The notes beneath the pieces are model-generated. The model was not told the origin of the DNA and made no database searches. It worked only from the letters and a program-made list of their open reading frames with translations. From assembly GCA_963826525.1 (NCBI GenBank), contig CAWGXH010000005.1:32001-96000 (forward strand): a stretch of 64,000 bases of DNA, read 5' to 3'. Source of the stretch: an uncultured Methanomicrobiaceae archaeon (lineage in GTDB: Archaea; Halobacteriota; Methanomicrobia; Methanomicrobiales; Methanoculleaceae). Made by a program: the position numbers and the translations under genes. Positions 45,930 to 57,850 of the stretch are shown here, in pieces. Position 1 is the stretch's first letter; each line of letters opens with the position of its first letter.

Positions 45930-46157
45930 TCTCTTTCCCTCCCCCCTGGAGGGCGGGGGGATAAACTCCAGGATATATAAAATTATTTATGATGCAAGCG
46001 GTATGCCCGGGAGCGTTATCGGCGGGCGGCAGGCCCCGGCACGACACACCTATAAGGATGCGGATGCCGATACGGCGGCGAAAACGGCCGCCGCACTCTG
46101 CGATATACCGGTTGCGCACAAGAAAAAATATTCTCCCCCGGAACAGGGGAGGCATGC

Positions 46158-47590
46158 CTACGGCCTGATCAGCACCGTCTTCCTCTCGAGGTAGTTCTCG
46201 AGCGCATCATAGCCGTTCTCCCGGCCAAGGCCGCTCTCGTTGACCCCGCCGAACGGAACCTCCGGTGGGACGCGAAGGTGCTGGTTGACCCAGATCATGC
46301 CCGCCCGGAGCCCCTCGCATGCCCGGGTAATCTCCGCGATATCCTTTGCCCATACGGAGGCGCCGAGTCCGAAACAGGTACCGGTTCGCATAGGCGAGCG
46401 CTTCATCGAGATCGCCGACGGTAACAATGGGGAGCACCGGCCCGAAGACCTCCTCGCGTCAGCAGCACCGAATCATCAGGGACATCGGAGACCACCGTCG
46501 GCAGGTAGTAATATCCTCCGCGGAACTCCTGACCTTCCGGCACGCTTCCGCCGGTGAGGATACTCCCTTCGCCCCGCTCCCGGACCGAAGCCACCTGGGC
46601 GGCGATCCGGTCAAGGGCCGTCCGGTTGTTGAGCGGCCCCATGGTCACGCCCTTCTGCATGCCGTTCCCGACCGTGATCGACCGTATCCGTTCCGTCAGC
46701 CTCTCGATGAAGCGATCGGCAATCTCTTCGAAGACGAAGAGCCTTTTGACCGCCGTGCAGGTCTGCCCGCAGTTGTAAAACCGTCCGCGAACGGCTCCTT
46801 CGACCGCTTCCGAGAGATCGGCATCGCTGCAGACGATCATCGGATCGCTTCCCCCGAGTTCCAGCGTCACCCGTTTCATCGCCGGCGCTGCATCTGCCAT
46901 GACCTGTCGGCCGGTCTCGACCTCGCCGGTGAACGATACCTTCCGGATAGCCGGGTGGCGGGCGATGGCACGGCCGACGGTCTCCCCCGGGCCCGTGACC
47001 AGGTTCAGAACACCCCCCGGAAGTCCTGCCCCCTCGAGTATGCCGGCAAGGGTCAGGCAGGTGAGGGGAGCGGTGCCGGCGGGCTTGAGCACCATGGTGT
47101 TGCCGGCGGCGAGTGCCGGCCCGACCTTCCATCCCATGATGAGCGCCGGCATATTCCAGGGAATGATCGCTCCGCAGACGCCGAGCGGCACCTTTGCTAT
47201 GAGTGCGTGACCGGAGCCGGGGAGCTTTGCGTACTCGCCGTGGAGGGATGCCGAAAGGCTGCCGTAGTACTCAAGGGTGTTTGCAAAACCGTTGATCTCG
47301 TCGAGCGCTTCACGGTATGGCTTTCCCTGCTCGGTGGTCAGCAGCGTGGCGAGTTCGCCGTTCCGCCGCCGCACCTCATCAGCGCCTGCAGAGAGAATCT
47401 TGCCGCGATCCCGCGGTGAACGACGCGACCACGCATCCAATGCATCGGCAGCAGCATCGACCGCCCGTCCGAGATCCGCGGCATTCCCCCGCGGGACGGC
47501 ATCGATCGCCGCTCCGGTAGCGGGATTTTCGACCATGATCGTCTCACCGCTCTCTGCATCGATCCGGTCCCCGTCGATAAGCATCTGCAT
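46158..47590 (-). CDS. Aldehyde dehydrogenase (lactaldehyde dehydrogenase-like); frameshifts ~46455 and ~46380
   Basis: IIPWN, SFTGE, LELGGSDP, YNCGQTCTA, PFGGVNESGLGRE. Confidence 0.93.
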
Positions 47591-47636
47591 GGAGAGATAC
47601 TATGTGCGGAGGTACTATATGCCGGCAGCGACCCTT

Positions 47637-48704
47637 TCAGCCGCCGTACGTGCATTGGCAGCGGCCGATCGTGAGCGCCGTTGCTCCGACGATCACCGCA
47701 AGAAATACGAATGCGGCGAAGAAGGTGCTCGCCTCCGCAACGATCCCCGCAACGAACGGTAGGAGGGTGAACCCGGCGTAGGTGGAGGTGTTAAACAGGC
47801 CGGTGACCACCCCCTGCCGGATATTCGTCTGTGCAAGGAACGAGAGCGAGGCGACGATGACAAAACCGGCGATTGCTCCGATAACGGGGAATGCCCACGG
47901 GGTGAAGTAGCACCCCGCGACCGCGATTGCCATGGCGATCGCAGAGACGCGGATGGTCGGAACCGGATCGAAGTGAATGTGCGAAGCGAGGAGGATGGTG
48001 ACGACGGTGGCGATATTCATAAGCCCGATCTGGATGCTGAGGAGTCCGGGGTTTTCGCCGGTATACTCCGGGTAGAGGGCGGCGACTGCTCCGGTGACGC
48101 CGATAAGGACGACGGCCGCAAGGTAGAGCCAGATATAGTGGCGGATAACCTCCGGGAGATTCGCCGTGATGAAGTTCTCCCGGATCTGTTCGGAGAGGGA
48201 GATGCTCATCGCCAGGGGGACGAGGGCGATCCCCGTGAAGAGGGCGACGCCGGCAAGGGAAGATGCCATAATTTCGTCAAGCCACCCGGTCCCGAGCAGC
48301 CCGACGACAAGCCCGAGGTTCAGTGCCGCCATGAAGTAACCGCTCAGCGCTTCGTGGTTCTCCTGCGAGTTCGTCCACGCGAGCGCCGCGGCAACGAAGA
48401 GCCCCGCTCCGACCCCCTCGAGGCCGCGGGCTGCGATCATCGGCAGTCCCGATGGAAAAAGGATGATGACGATACCGCTTGCGAGGGTAAGGAGAAGGCC
48501 TGCCCGAATGAGCGGCACCCGGCCGATACGGTCGCTGGCAAGCCCGGCGGGGAGAACCGTCAGGAATGCCCCGAAAAAATATGCGGAGAAGATTGCGCCC
48601 TGCAGTGCCGCTCCTTCACCAAAATCGGGGAGTACCGGGACGATGGCGTTTGAGAGCGCCATCACCGCGAATACTCCGAGGAGGAGCGATGCTCGCTGCA
48701 GCAT
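47637..48704 (-). CDS. MFS transporter
   Basis: GLASDRIGRVP motif A, ARGLEGVG, about 12 TMs. Confidence 0.9.
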   Translation of the reverse strand: MLQRASLLLGVFAVMALSNAIVPVLPDFGEGAALQGAIFSAYFFGAFLTVLPAGLASDRIGRVPLIRAGLLLTLASGIVIILFPSGLPMIAARGLEGVGAGLFVAAALAWTNSQENHEALSGYFMAALNLGLVVGLLGTGWLDEIMASSLAGVALFTGIALVPLAMSISLSEQIRENFITANLPEVIRHYIWLYLAAVVLIGVTGAVAALYPEYTGENPGLLSIQIGLMNIATVVTILLASHIHFDPVPTIRVSAIAMAIAVAGCYFTPWAFPVIGAIAGFVIVASLSFLAQTNIRQGVVTGLFNTSTYAGFTLLPFVAGIVAEASTFFAAFVFLAVIVGATALTIGRCQCTYGG

Positions 48705-48706
48705 CT

Positions 48707-50599
48707 TCAGACCATGCGGTAGGTTTCGAGGTTCAGGGGCGAATGTGTTTCTATATGGTATCGCTTGTAGATCGAGCTTGCCAGATCGATCGTCTTGTTC
48801 TCGTCGCCGTGGATGGTAAAGATCTTCTCGGGCCTGGGCTGCAGGTGGGAGATGTAGTTCATCAACTGTTTGCGGTCGGAGTGACCGGAGAACCCGTCGA
48901 TCGTGGCGATCTCGAGGTTGATGACGATCGTCTCGCGCCACCCGAGAGGGATCTCGCGCCACCCCTTCTGAATGCGCCGCCCGAGCGTCCCGTCGGCCTG
49001 GTATCCGACGAAGACGAGGGTGTTCCTCTCGTCCGGGCCGAGCATCTTGAGGTACTCCATCACTGGACCGCCGTTGAGCATACCGCTCGTGGTGATGATG
49101 ACGCACGGGTCTCCGGTGATGACCTTCTCCCGGCGGTCGGGTGAGTCCACCTGGGTGAAGCACTCTGCAAGGAACGGGTTCAAGCCTTCGCGGAAGATCT
49201 GGTTCCGGAGGTCGCTGTTCAGGTACTCGGGATACGTGGTGTGGATCGCCGTCGCCTCGCGGATCATCCCGTCGAGATAGATCTTCACGGGCGGGATCTT
49301 CTGGTTCCTGATCCCTTCCTCGAGAGCGAGCATCACTTCCTGCGACCGGCCGACGGCGAACGCCGGGATGACTACCTTTCCGCCCCGGTTCACGGTAGTG
49401 GTGATGGTCTCATACAGTCTCTCCTCCGCATCTTTTCGCTGGGGCTGCATATCGTTCGAACCGCCGTAGGTGCTCTCCATGAAGAGTGCCTCGAGACGGG
49501 GGAAGGACGAGACTGCCGGGTTGAAGAGGCGGCTCTTCTGGTAGTTGAAGTCGCCGGTGAATGCGATATTGTAGAGACCCTCGCCGACGTGGAAGTGGGC
49601 GATCGCCGAGCCGAGGATATGACCGGCATTGTGGAAGGTGAGCTTGATGTCGGGTGCGATATCGGTGACGCTTCCGTAGTTCAGCGTTATGGAGTGCTGG
49701 ATGTACGTCTTGACCTCGTTTGACGTATACGGTATTTTGTCGCTCTCTTTCCTGACCACGTCGATGTAGTCGAGCTGGAGCATCGCCGAGAGATCCCTCG
49801 TCGGCGGTGTCGCATAGACCGGGCCTTCATAGCCGTATTTGAAGAGGAGGGGGACGAGAGCACAGTGATCGAGGTGTGCATGCGTGAGCACTACCGCATC
49901 CACGCTGGCCAGGGGATAGATCTCCGGAACGTAGATGTAGGGTGTTCCATTGGTCGTGCTGCCCGGCTTCTCGCCGCAGTCGACGAGGACCTTGCTCTCC
50001 GGCGTCGAGATGAGGAACGCCGCCCTTCCGACCTCACGGCAGCACCCGAGCGTTGTCACCCGGAGCCACTGATCCTTGCTCGTGACCTCGCGGTGGATAC
50101 GCCTTCCGATGGTTCGAAGGAACGTTTTTCGTTCGTCTTTGACGGCTCTGAGATATGTCCGTACCTGTTTTACGGTTGAACTCTCGATCGGCGGTGTCCT
50201 GACCACCTTCGGTGTCCAGCCGATCTGCTTTGTGATCTCCCGGAGAGTGGCACCATTCTTGCCGATGACGACCCCGGGTTTCTCTGCTTCGATAAGAACT
50301 TCCCCGGTCTCGGGATCGAAGAACAGATCGGTGATACCGGCATTCTCCGGAACGACCGATCGGATTTCACCTGCAGCCCGTTCCGGATCTTCGAGGATAT
50401 TCGGGCGTACGACGATCCGCTTGCGCAGGTCGCGTGCGAGAATCTTGATGAGATCCGCCTGGTCGGCAAACTTCTTGGGATCGTCGGTATAGATCACCAG
50501 CTCCGGTCCCTCAAACTCAACTTCAGAGACCGTAATACCGCTCGGTATAATCTTGTCGATCTGATCCTTGAGTTCCTTAAGCCTCTCCTCTATTAACAT
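48707..50599 (-). CDS. fttA: KH-domain beta-CASP ribonuclease aCPSF1 / termination factor FttA
   Basis: KH domains ([10 protein letters not shown]), THAHLDH, AGHILGS, MESTYG, GFSGHSD; directly downstream of psmB. Confidence 0.96.
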   Translation of the reverse strand: MLIEERLKELKDQIDKIIPSGITVSEVEFEGPELVIYTDDPKKFADQADLIKILARDLRKRIVVRPNILEDPERAAGEIRSVVPENAGITDLFFDPETGEVLIEAEKPGVVIGKNGATLREITKQIGWTPKVVRTPPIESSTVKQVRTYLRAVKDERKTFLRTIGRRIHREVTSKDQWLRVTTLGCCREVGRAAFLISTPESKVLVDCGEKPGSTTNGTPYIYVPEIYPLASVDAVVLTHAHLDHCALVPLLFKYGYEGPVYATPPTRDLSAMLQLDYIDVVRKESDKIPYTSNEVKTYIQHSITLNYGSVTDIAPDIKLTFHNAGHILGSAIAHFHVGEGLYNIAFTGDFNYQKSRLFNPAVSSFPRLEALFMESTYGGSNDMQPQRKDAEERLYETITTTVNRGGKVVIPAFAVGRSQEVMLALEEGIRNQKIPPVKIYLDGMIREATAIHTTYPEYLNSDLRNQIFREGLNPFLAECFTQVDSPDRREKVITGDPCVIITTSGMLNGGPVMEYLKMLGPDERNTLVFVGYQADGTLGRRIQKGWREIPLGWRETIVINLEIATIDGFSGHSDRKQLMNYISHLQPRPEKIFTIHGDENKTIDLASSIYKRYHIETHSPLNLETYRMV

Positions 50600-50601
50600 C
50601 A

Positions 50602-51264
50602 CTATCGTCCAAAAAAGGTTAGTTTGTTGGGAGAGCTGACAGACGGTGCCTGCAGCCCGCGTTCGATTGTTTCTTCGTATTTATCCCTGGTTATCACGAC
50701 GAGCATGATATCCCCGCCGGAACCGGCGTCACGGCGCATAGCGGTCTTTACTGCGCGGACCGCGAGGTCCCTTGCCTCTGCTTCGTCCATACCGTCACGG
50801 TACTGATCCTCGAGAATACCGTACGCAAACGGTGACCCGGATCCGGTCGCTACGATCTCCTCCTCTTTTGTGGCTCCGCCCATGGCATCAACCGAGTAGA
50901 CGGCAGGGCCTTTGTCGTCGAAGCCGCCGACGAGGAGCTGGACGTAGTAGGGATAATACCGGTTCTGATTCAGGTAATTCGAGAGCAGTGTCGATACCGC
51001 TCCGACTGACATCGTCTTGCCGCGGCGGACCTGGTACAGGCTCGACTCCACCTGCATGAGGCGGACGAGCTGCTGGGCATCGCCCACCCCGCCGGCCGTG
51101 GTCATTCCGACTCTCTTCGTGATCTGATAGATCTTCTTGGCACGTTTGCTGGCAATGAGGTTCCCCATCGTCGCCCGCATCTCGGTCGCGAGAATGACGC
51201 CGTCTTTGAAGACCAGACCAATTGTTGTTGTACCTTTATAGGTCATCTGGGAAATATCAGGCAT
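50602..51264 (-). CDS. psmB: Proteasome beta subunit
   Basis: Propeptide then KG|TTTIG, GGVGDAQ, ATGSGS, RRDAGSG. Confidence 0.97.
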   Translation of the reverse strand: MPDISQMTYKGTTTIGLVFKDGVILATEMRATMGNLIASKRAKKIYQITKRVGMTTAGGVGDAQQLVRLMQVESSLYQVRRGKTMSVGAVSTLLSNYLNQNRYYPYYVQLLVGGFDDKGPAVYSVDAMGGATKEEEIVATGSGSPFAYGILEDQYRDGMDEAEARDLAVRAVKTAMRRDAGSGGDIMLVVITRDKYEETIERGLQAPSVSSPNKLTFFGR

Positions 51265-51413
51265 TGAAACACCCCCTAAAATCACTAAAACGCTATAAAT
51301 CGGTCAAAAGCGCTTCAGCGTATATAATGACACGATAAAACATAAATCTTGTTGTCGCACCGTGCCATAGCACGGTATGATAGGGTACCTTTATTGTATA
51401 AGAGTATTATCCC

Positions 51414-52274
51414 TTAAAAGTTTTGGCGGGCATCCTGCTCCGGCAGCAGGACCTTGATCAACTCGCGGTCAAAGAGCATGGCAACAAGACGCTTATTGCC
51501 GTTGACCACCGGCAGCTGGTCGACTTTCGACCGCTTCATCTTCAGGGCGCATTCGCTGATCTCCGCATTGAGGGGGACTGCGAGCACGTTCTTGACCATG
51601 GCATTCTTCACCGGTATCGGCAGGAGCTGGATCTTTGATATTCCGTAGCTGATGGTATGCATGTCGCGGATGCTCTCCCACGTCCACTCATCGTCATCCG
51701 TACCGTTCGAGAAGTCGCTGACCTCAACACCGTCCTCGATCCGGGAGTGGCGGATCAGATCCCGCTCCGAGATGATCCCCGTGAGCGTTCCGTCTTCGGT
51801 GAGGATCGGAATTGCATCAAACCCGGAGACTTCAAGGATCCGGCCGACAAGGGTCAGTGGCGTATCCTCCCAGAGAGCGTAGGTCTTGCTCACATACCGG
51901 TCTTTGATCGAGTTGGAGAGGCGCATCTGGGCGATGGCGCCGACAAGGTCGGCAACGCTGATGATCCCGATCATATCGCCGTCCTCGACGACGGGAAGCC
52001 TGCGGATGTTATGACGCACCAGCACCTGTGCTGCCTCGGAGAGGGGAGCGTCCGGCCGGATGACGACGGGATTCGGCGTCATCAAAAGGCCGAGCTGCGA
52101 CTCATCAGCTTTGCGGAGCAGGTCTTTCCTGGTGATGATGCCGACGAGCTGTTTATCTTTTAAGACCGGTACGCCACTGATACCGGTTCTCTTCAGGATA
52201 CGAAGGACATCGTCCCTGTTTCCGGGTATCTCGACACAGACGGCGTCTGTTACCATATAGTCACGGACAAGCAT
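51414..52274 (-). CDS. CBS domain protein (4 CBS)
   Basis: ISGVPV...GIIT, IRRLPVV...GIIS, DAIPIL...GIIS, DQLPVV. Confidence 0.93.
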   Translation of the reverse strand: MLVRDYMVTDAVCVEIPGNRDDVLRILKRTGISGVPVLKDKQLVGIITRKDLLRKADESQLGLLMTPNPVVIRPDAPLSEAAQVLVRHNIRRLPVVEDGDMIGIISVADLVGAIAQMRLSNSIKDRYVSKTYALWEDTPLTLVGRILEVSGFDAIPILTEDGTLTGIISERDLIRHSRIEDGVEVSDFSNGTDDDEWTWESIRDMHTISYGISKIQLLPIPVKNAMVKNVLAVPLNAEISECALKMKRSKVDQLPVVNGNKRLVAMLFDRELIKVLLPEQDARQNF

Positions 52275-52285
52275 CTGTCTGGGGC

Positions 52286-52714
52286 TTATATTCTCACCAC
52301 CGTTGTCGTGACTCCGCTGTGCCTCACGACGTAGTCGGTAACACTACCGAGGAGAAGGCGGTCGACCTCGCTCTTTCCGTGTGAGCCGAGGAGAATGAGA
52401 TCGGCATTCAGCTCTTCTGCAAGGGCGATGATCTCGCTGCCTGCGTGACCCTGGCGGATGTGCGTGTTTAAGGAGACCCCGGCCGACTCGGCTTCTGCCC
52501 GGCATTCGGCCAGAAGTTCTTCTCCTTCCTTCTCCAGAAGGCTGTAGATAACCTCGAGCGTATTATCCATCGGCAGTGATGAGAAAAGACCCGACTCAAC
52601 GACGTAGATCGCGTGGAGATCTGCGTTCCATATTTTTGCTTCCTCGATGGCTTTACCAAGAGCGTGCTTTGCCGGCTCCGACCCATCAACTGCAACAAGT
52701 ATCTTTTGAACCAT
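52286..52714 (-). CDS. Universal stress protein
   Basis: ILVAVDGS, ADLILLGSHGKSEVDRLLLGSV. Confidence 0.95.
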   Translation of the reverse strand: MVQKILVAVDGSEPAKHALGKAIEEAKIWNADLHAIYVVESGLFSSLPMDNTLEVIYSLLEKEGEELLAECRAEAESAGVSLNTHIRQGHAGSEIIALAEELNADLILLGSHGKSEVDRLLLGSVTDYVVRHSGVTTTVVRI

Positions 52715-52750
52715 GTATACCCCACAAAACGGCCGTTCCCTACTAAATCT

Positions 52751-53795
52751 CTATCTCATGCTTAATACATTTTGTTCGATAGCAGAAGCGTCCACCCGCC
52801 GTACCAGCGTTGCAAGAAGGTTTTTACTGAACCGAAAATTGCCGTATGATGCGTTGATAAGAGTAATCTTCGCGGGATCTCCTTCTTTGATAAAAAATGG
52901 TCTTCCCGTGAGCTCCGATCCTGAAACGGCAGCACGCAGAATCTCTTCCGCCGGGGAACCTGTACACGACTGAGAGAAATGCCATCTCCTGAAGCATATT
53001 TGGCTGAACAAACATCACATTGTCCGTTCCAAGGTAAATGCGGCACCCGAGGGAGAGCATGCGCTGTACAGGCGGTCTGGCGGACGATCCCGCAACCCCG
53101 AGCAGCCAGTTGGAGCGGGGGCAGATGACTATCGGGATCTCGCGATCGGCGCAGTCACGGAGCTGGGCGTCTGTGGCATGGGTGCAGTGTACCAGCAGGT
53201 CCGGGTCGTAGGCGAGCGCTTCATCGACGTCGGCATGGTCGCGTTCACCTGCGTGAAACGCTACGCGTTTGCCCAGTCTGCGCGTCTCGGTTACCTCCCG
53301 CTCGACGCCCTCTACATCCCGTATGCTGCTGATCCCGATCCCGTCCGCGTCGCGCTCCCCGCCGTCCCTGCCGAAGATGACCGGCGTTGCCGCGAGGCCC
53401 AGAGCCGCCTCCGTAAGGGCGGCGACACCGCCCGGACCCCCTTCACGGAAGTCGGCAAAGCCCTGAGTGCCTGACTGCACCATCGTTGTAATGCTCGCGC
53501 GCATCGCTTCGATGAGGCGCTTCCGCGGAGTTTTTGCAAGGATGCGGTGTTTGAGCCCGTCTGGAGGGGCGACGAGTTCGGCGAGGCTGCCGCTGCAGGG
53601 GCAGTCCATGGCGACCGTATCGCCGCAGTGCGTATGGGCGTTGAAGAAGGCAGGGACGATCCAGAATTCCGGCGTTCGGGAGGCCGGCTCTATCGCCCGG
53701 ATGATACCGTTTTCGACGATAATGCTGACGCACTGCTCGTCGAGCTCCTCGCCGAGGAGTGCATGGCCGGTGACCGTGTATGAGGATGGCAGCAT
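52751..53795 (-). CDS. Amidohydrolase family protein, frameshift ~52957
   Basis: NAHTHCGD, FHAGE, LVHCTH, ICPRSN, LGTDN; C-terminus in ORF 52751-53011. Confidence 0.9.
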
Positions 53796-53841
53796 GGCTC
53801 TGTAGCCTTCTTTTTATATTCCGAGGGATAAATACATCTAT

Positions 53842-54009
53842 ATGGCAAAAAAATCAGGCGGAAGACTGGTATCCTCGGCCGGTCTTGTCAACTACTATGA
53901 CAGTGAGGACCGGCGTGCGGTCCATATCAGTCCGGTTGCAGTGGTCGTTGCGGCAGCAGTCATCGGCGTAGCGATATTCATTCTGAATGCACTCTTCCCG
54001 GCAATGTAA
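53842..54009 (+). CDS. secG: Preprotein translocase subunit Sec61beta
   Basis: MAKKSGGRLVSSAGLVNYYDSEDRRAVHISP plus C-terminal TM; 55 aa, below the ORF-track cutoff. Confidence 0.93.
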   Translation: MAKKSGGRLVSSAGLVNYYDSEDRRAVHISPVAVVVAAAVIGVAIFILNALFPAM

Positions 54010-54027
54010 CGGGTAAAAATAGATATT

Positions 54028-54780
54028 TTATTCTGTTTTCTCCATACTTTTCAGTGCGCACCTGATAATATCTTCTTTCGACGTAAAGTAGATGGCATCG
54101 TGCCCCTTCCAGCGTCCGCAGTTCCTGAAGACAACCGCAGGAATGCCCTGGTGGCTCTCGCCCATGACGAAGTTTGCAAATGCGGCGATCTCGTCGACGA
54201 CCGCTTCCTCGGTGATCTCGAGCACGTGCCCGAAGAGATCGGTATCGCCCCGGTAATCGTTGATCGCGGTCATGCCGCTCCACCCGATGGCGATGCCGGT
54301 CTGCCCGCGCCGAAACGCCCGCCCACAGGTGTCGGTGATGATGACACGGATCTCTTTTCCGCTGATCCTCAGGATCGCATCCCGCACATCCTCTGCGGCG
54401 GCCATGGGGTCCGGCGGGAGGTAGATGATCATGCCGTCCTCGACGTTGCTGTGATCGACGCCGGCCCGGACACCGATATGACCGGATGGAAGCTCCGAGA
54501 GGATGAAGGGATACTCGAGCAGGATTTCGCTCGAACTGTCGATGACCGCCTGCACGAACCTAGGGTCTTCGCGTGTTCCCGATGCTATCCGTTCGGCCTG
54601 CTCGCCCGGGACGATATCGGCGAGGCGACGGGTATAGCCCTTTGCCTTTGAGTAGACCGATGAGGCGATACAGAGTATGTCTCCGTCCTCAAACGCGACC
54701 CGTTCTGCAATCAGGCCGGGAAGATCGTCTCCTTCGTGTATCAGGGGCAGACCCCCGACGCCCAGTACCTGGATGTCCAT
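54028..54780 (-). CDS. cofE: Coenzyme F420-0:L-glutamate ligase
   Basis: GLPLIHEGDDL, AGVDHSN, IITDTCGRAFRRGQ, DYRGDTDLFG, MGES. Confidence 0.94.
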   Translation of the reverse strand: MDIQVLGVGGLPLIHEGDDLPGLIAERVAFEDGDILCIASSVYSKAKGYTRRLADIVPGEQAERIASGTREDPRFVQAVIDSSSEILLEYPFILSELPSGHIGVRAGVDHSNVEDGMIIYLPPDPMAAAEDVRDAILRISGKEIRVIITDTCGRAFRRGQTGIAIGWSGMTAINDYRGDTDLFGHVLEITEEAVVDEIAAFANFVMGESHQGIPAVVFRNCGRWKGHDAIYFTSKEDIIRCALKSMEKTE

Positions 54781-54959
54781 GCTCTTCACGATGAGATGTC
54801 GAATCGCTATCTTAAAAGTCCTCGGGTTTCGGATGGAGAGATCCGGCAGGGAGAGACCGATCCCTGCTACGGGCATCATGGAGCGCGGGCGACCGCACCA
54901 TCCGTGCAGATGCGGACTGAAGGGTGGCGGTTGCGATGGTGTGGTGCACAGACTTCTGC

Positions 54960-56192
54960 TCACCTGGTGACGAATCCCTCTCTGAGCGTGAAGTTCGCCT
55001 CGAAAGCGGCGATAAGGTCGAGGTACTCTTCGACCAGCCGGGTCAGGAGGAACTTCTCCCGGACTCGTTCTCGTGCCGCCTTTCCCATCTCCGCCGCCAG
55101 ATCGGGGTTGCTTACCAGCTGGACGATACGTTCGGCAGCCTCCTCGACGGAGGATACCAGAAATCCATTCACTCCGTCGGTGATCTGGTACCTGAGCCCC
55201 CCGTATTCCCGCCGATGACGGGGGTGCCTTTCCACATCGCTTCGGCGACGGTGAGGCCGAACCCTTCACGGATAGATTTCTGCAGGACGACAGCTGCCCT
55301 CCGCTGGAGTGCGTTCACCAGTGCTCCGTCCTGCCGGCTTAAAATGATGATCCGCTCCTCCCGGTTCCGAAGGAGCGACCGGTATACCTCCGCCCCCTCG
55401 GGATCGTCCATCGCCACGTTCCCGAGCAGGACGAGCGTGCAGTCTACCTTCTTCCGAGCCATCCTGAATGCCTTGATGACGCCTTCGGGATCTTTCCAGC
55501 GGTCGAAGCGGGATATCTGAACGACGAGAGGAAGATCTGTCGGAATACCGTAGTGATCGAGGCGTTCGTCGATCTCATTGTCGTTCATCTCCCGATTGAC
55601 GATCGATAGCGGGTCGATGGCCGGCATAAAGAAGAGCTGGGGTGTTTCGAGGTTCTGTCGGGTACTCGTTGCAGCTCAGGATCACGGCATCGTATTTTTC
55701 GATGAACGGAACAAGATAGTTCCAGACCTCCCGGTTTGGGCTGGAGAGGTCGATGTGGCAGCGCCAGATCCAGGGACTCTTCTTCCGGTAGTGCTGAATC
55801 AGGGGGAGCGGCTGGGGGTCGTGGACGATGACAAGGTCGTGGTCCAGGTGGTTGCTGATGGCGTTCTCGCAGACCACCTGCTCGTAGATCTGTTTCTTCC
55901 GCTCCGTCAGGTTGATACCCCCTCCCTGGAGGGCATTGTGAAACTTTTTCGTGACGCTGAAGAAGTCGGGAGGGCCGTGAACGACCCGCCACCCCGTCCG
56001 GATGCCGAGGCTGTTCATCACGAGGACGAGCGACGAGAGTATCTGCGAAACCCCTCCGCCCGAATATGTCGAGTTCATGTGGATAACGTGGAGATCCCCG
56101 ATCTCCCTGGCCTTAGCCTGTATGCGCCGGATCGTCTCCGTTTCGACGAACGGCTCATAATCTTTGATAGTGATAACCCTGCTCCATTCCAT
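54960..56192 (-). CDS. treT: TreT-like trehalose synthase glycosyltransferase (GT4); frameshifts ~55660 and ~55200
   Basis: NSTYSGGGV, TKKFHNALQG, HDPQP, WRCHID, SRFDRWKD, QKSIREGFGLTVAEAMWK. Confidence 0.85.
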
Positions 56193-56247
56193 TGATCCTG
56201 CCCTCCGGGATGTTTGCCGGGTGCACGAAAGGTGTCGGCGATCCTTT

Positions 56248-57276
56248 TTATGTATACCGGCCGGCGGCATTGCTCGCTGCTGCCCTCCCTTCCTGGTGAA
56301 AATACCGATCGGCAAAGACCTCCCGGCCGAGATATTCGGCGACGGTCGTCACCCCGGAGTGGTCGTAGATACCCTCCATCCGCTCGCGGAAGCGGGTGTC
56401 CCTGGTGACGTGATGGTCGAGCAGGATGGTTGCCCCCGGGCACTCGCGGAGAATCCGCCGGAGGTTTGCGATGCACCGATCGAGGTTCCTCCGGTTCAGG
56501 AGATGCCCGAGGAGGTATGTCGGCGGGCCGTCGATGAGGATACAGTCCGGCGCTTCGGCGATGATCCGGGCAGCGTAGTCCTCGATGAGCGGCCCCATCA
56601 GGTCGGAGGTGTAGACAACTTTTCGGGCAGCATGCTCGATAGCGAGCGCCACCACGAACCCGGTCGATGCATACTCGGTACCGTGAAAGAGGGGAGCGGA
56701 AAACCGGAGGTCGGTGTTCCCGATGCCGAACGTACGGCCGTCGCAGAAGACGACCCTCTCGTCCGGCGGCAGCACCCACGGCTCTGCCGCCCAGCGCCGG
56801 GCGTGACGCCGGTACTGCTTCTGCCGTTTTTCAGTATCCTCGTCGGTGTGAGCGGCTGAAGTATGCAGGGGATCGGGGAATATGTGCTCTGCGGGGGGCG
56901 ATTCTCTGAAGGCACCGCCGATCGATGCGGCATACCACCGCATGAACTCCCGTGAGCGGCGCCACTGCGAGAGGTTGACGTAGGCGTTCGGGGATTTGAT
57001 GAAGAGGTGTTTCCCGGTATAGAGGTCTCTCTCCTGCCGGTAATGGTCGTGGTGATAGTGCGTGACGGCAATATGGGTCGCCCTGCCTGCGGCGGCCGTT
57101 ATCGCCTTCCACGCGTCGCTATACCGCTCTTCTTTCACGGCATCGGGTGCCGGAAACCCTTTCTGCAGGATCGATGCGCCCGGATCGATCAGCAGCGCAA
57201 GATCCGGTGTCTCCACGAGCGTGCAGAATGATTTTGCCCCGAGACTGTCAGCCCATACGGGAGTAACCTTCACCAT
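56248..57276 (-). CDS. Metallo-beta-lactamase-fold hydrolase (UPF0282-like)
   Basis: DSLGAKSFCT, IDPG, THYHHDH, HG, YTSD, DGPPTYL, LDHHVTRD. Confidence 0.85.
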   Translation of the reverse strand: MVKVTPVWADSLGAKSFCTLVETPDLALLIDPGASILQKGFPAPDAVKEERYSDAWKAITAAAGRATHIAVTHYHHDHYRQERDLYTGKHLFIKSPNAYVNLSQWRRSREFMRWYAASIGGAFRESPPAEHIFPDPLHTSAAHTDEDTEKRQKQYRRHARRWAAEPWVLPPDERVVFCDGRTFGIGNTDLRFSAPLFHGTEYASTGFVVALAIEHAARKVVYTSDLMGPLIEDYAARIIAEAPDCILIDGPPTYLLGHLLNRRNLDRCIANLRRILRECPGATILLDHHVTRDTRFRERMEGIYDHSGVTTVAEYLGREVFADRYFHQEGRAAASNAAGRYT

Positions 57277-57432
57277 CCGTTCACCTGTCCTCATCCCGGC
57301 GGCCGGCATGAGTATCCTTGTGGGATCTGTACAACAAATCCTGGGATAATATGATTTGATGTGAAAACTTGCACTATTTATATTATCGGCTCCCCAATAC
57401 TCTGTATGCACGATCACCAGGGCTGCAGATAC

Positions 57433-57843
57433 ATGCATCTCCAAAATGAGTGTACCATTGAAGACCTCGCGGCATTCCATGGGCACCTGGGACCCTATAT
57501 CGTTCTTGGCTACCGTATTGGCAGATATATCCGCGAATCTTTCTGCGATGATCCCTTCTCGATGTCCGCACGAGTATACTGTTCGGGGATGCCGCCGCAG
57601 TCATGCATCATCGATGGCATCCAGCTCGGGAGCGGCTGCACACTCGGAAAGCGGAACATCGATCTCGTCGAAAGCAACGATCTCTTCTGTGAGTTTTCCT
57701 CCGGCGACAGGCGTATGACCGTGGTGCCGCGGCCCTTCGCCACGCCGGAACGCGACGCCGGGTATCAGCAGAAGATCGAGGCGATTGCGGAAGCGATGTA
57801 TGCTCTCCCGGATAACGACCTCTTCTCGGTCAGTGTCGAGTGA
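57433..57843 (+). CDS. fmdE: FmdE/FwdE family protein
   Basis: FHGHLGPYIVLGYR, SCIIDGIQLGSGCTLGKRN; alternative start at 57406. Confidence 0.9.
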   Translation: MHLQNECTIEDLAAFHGHLGPYIVLGYRIGRYIRESFCDDPFSMSARVYCSGMPPQSCIIDGIQLGSGCTLGKRNIDLVESNDLFCEFSSGDRRMTVVPRPFATPERDAGYQQKIEAIAEAMYALPDNDLFSVSVE

Positions 57844-57850
57844 ACGATCC

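Noticed and set aside
48707-51264. psmB-aCPSF1 linkage as a novelty
   Set aside because: Well-known conserved archaeal gene order
54893-54945. Imperfect inverted repeat between treT and cofE (also GGCTGCAC/GTGCAGCC at 60651-60698)
   Set aside because: Short stems are expected by chance at this GC content; no known RNA motif recognised
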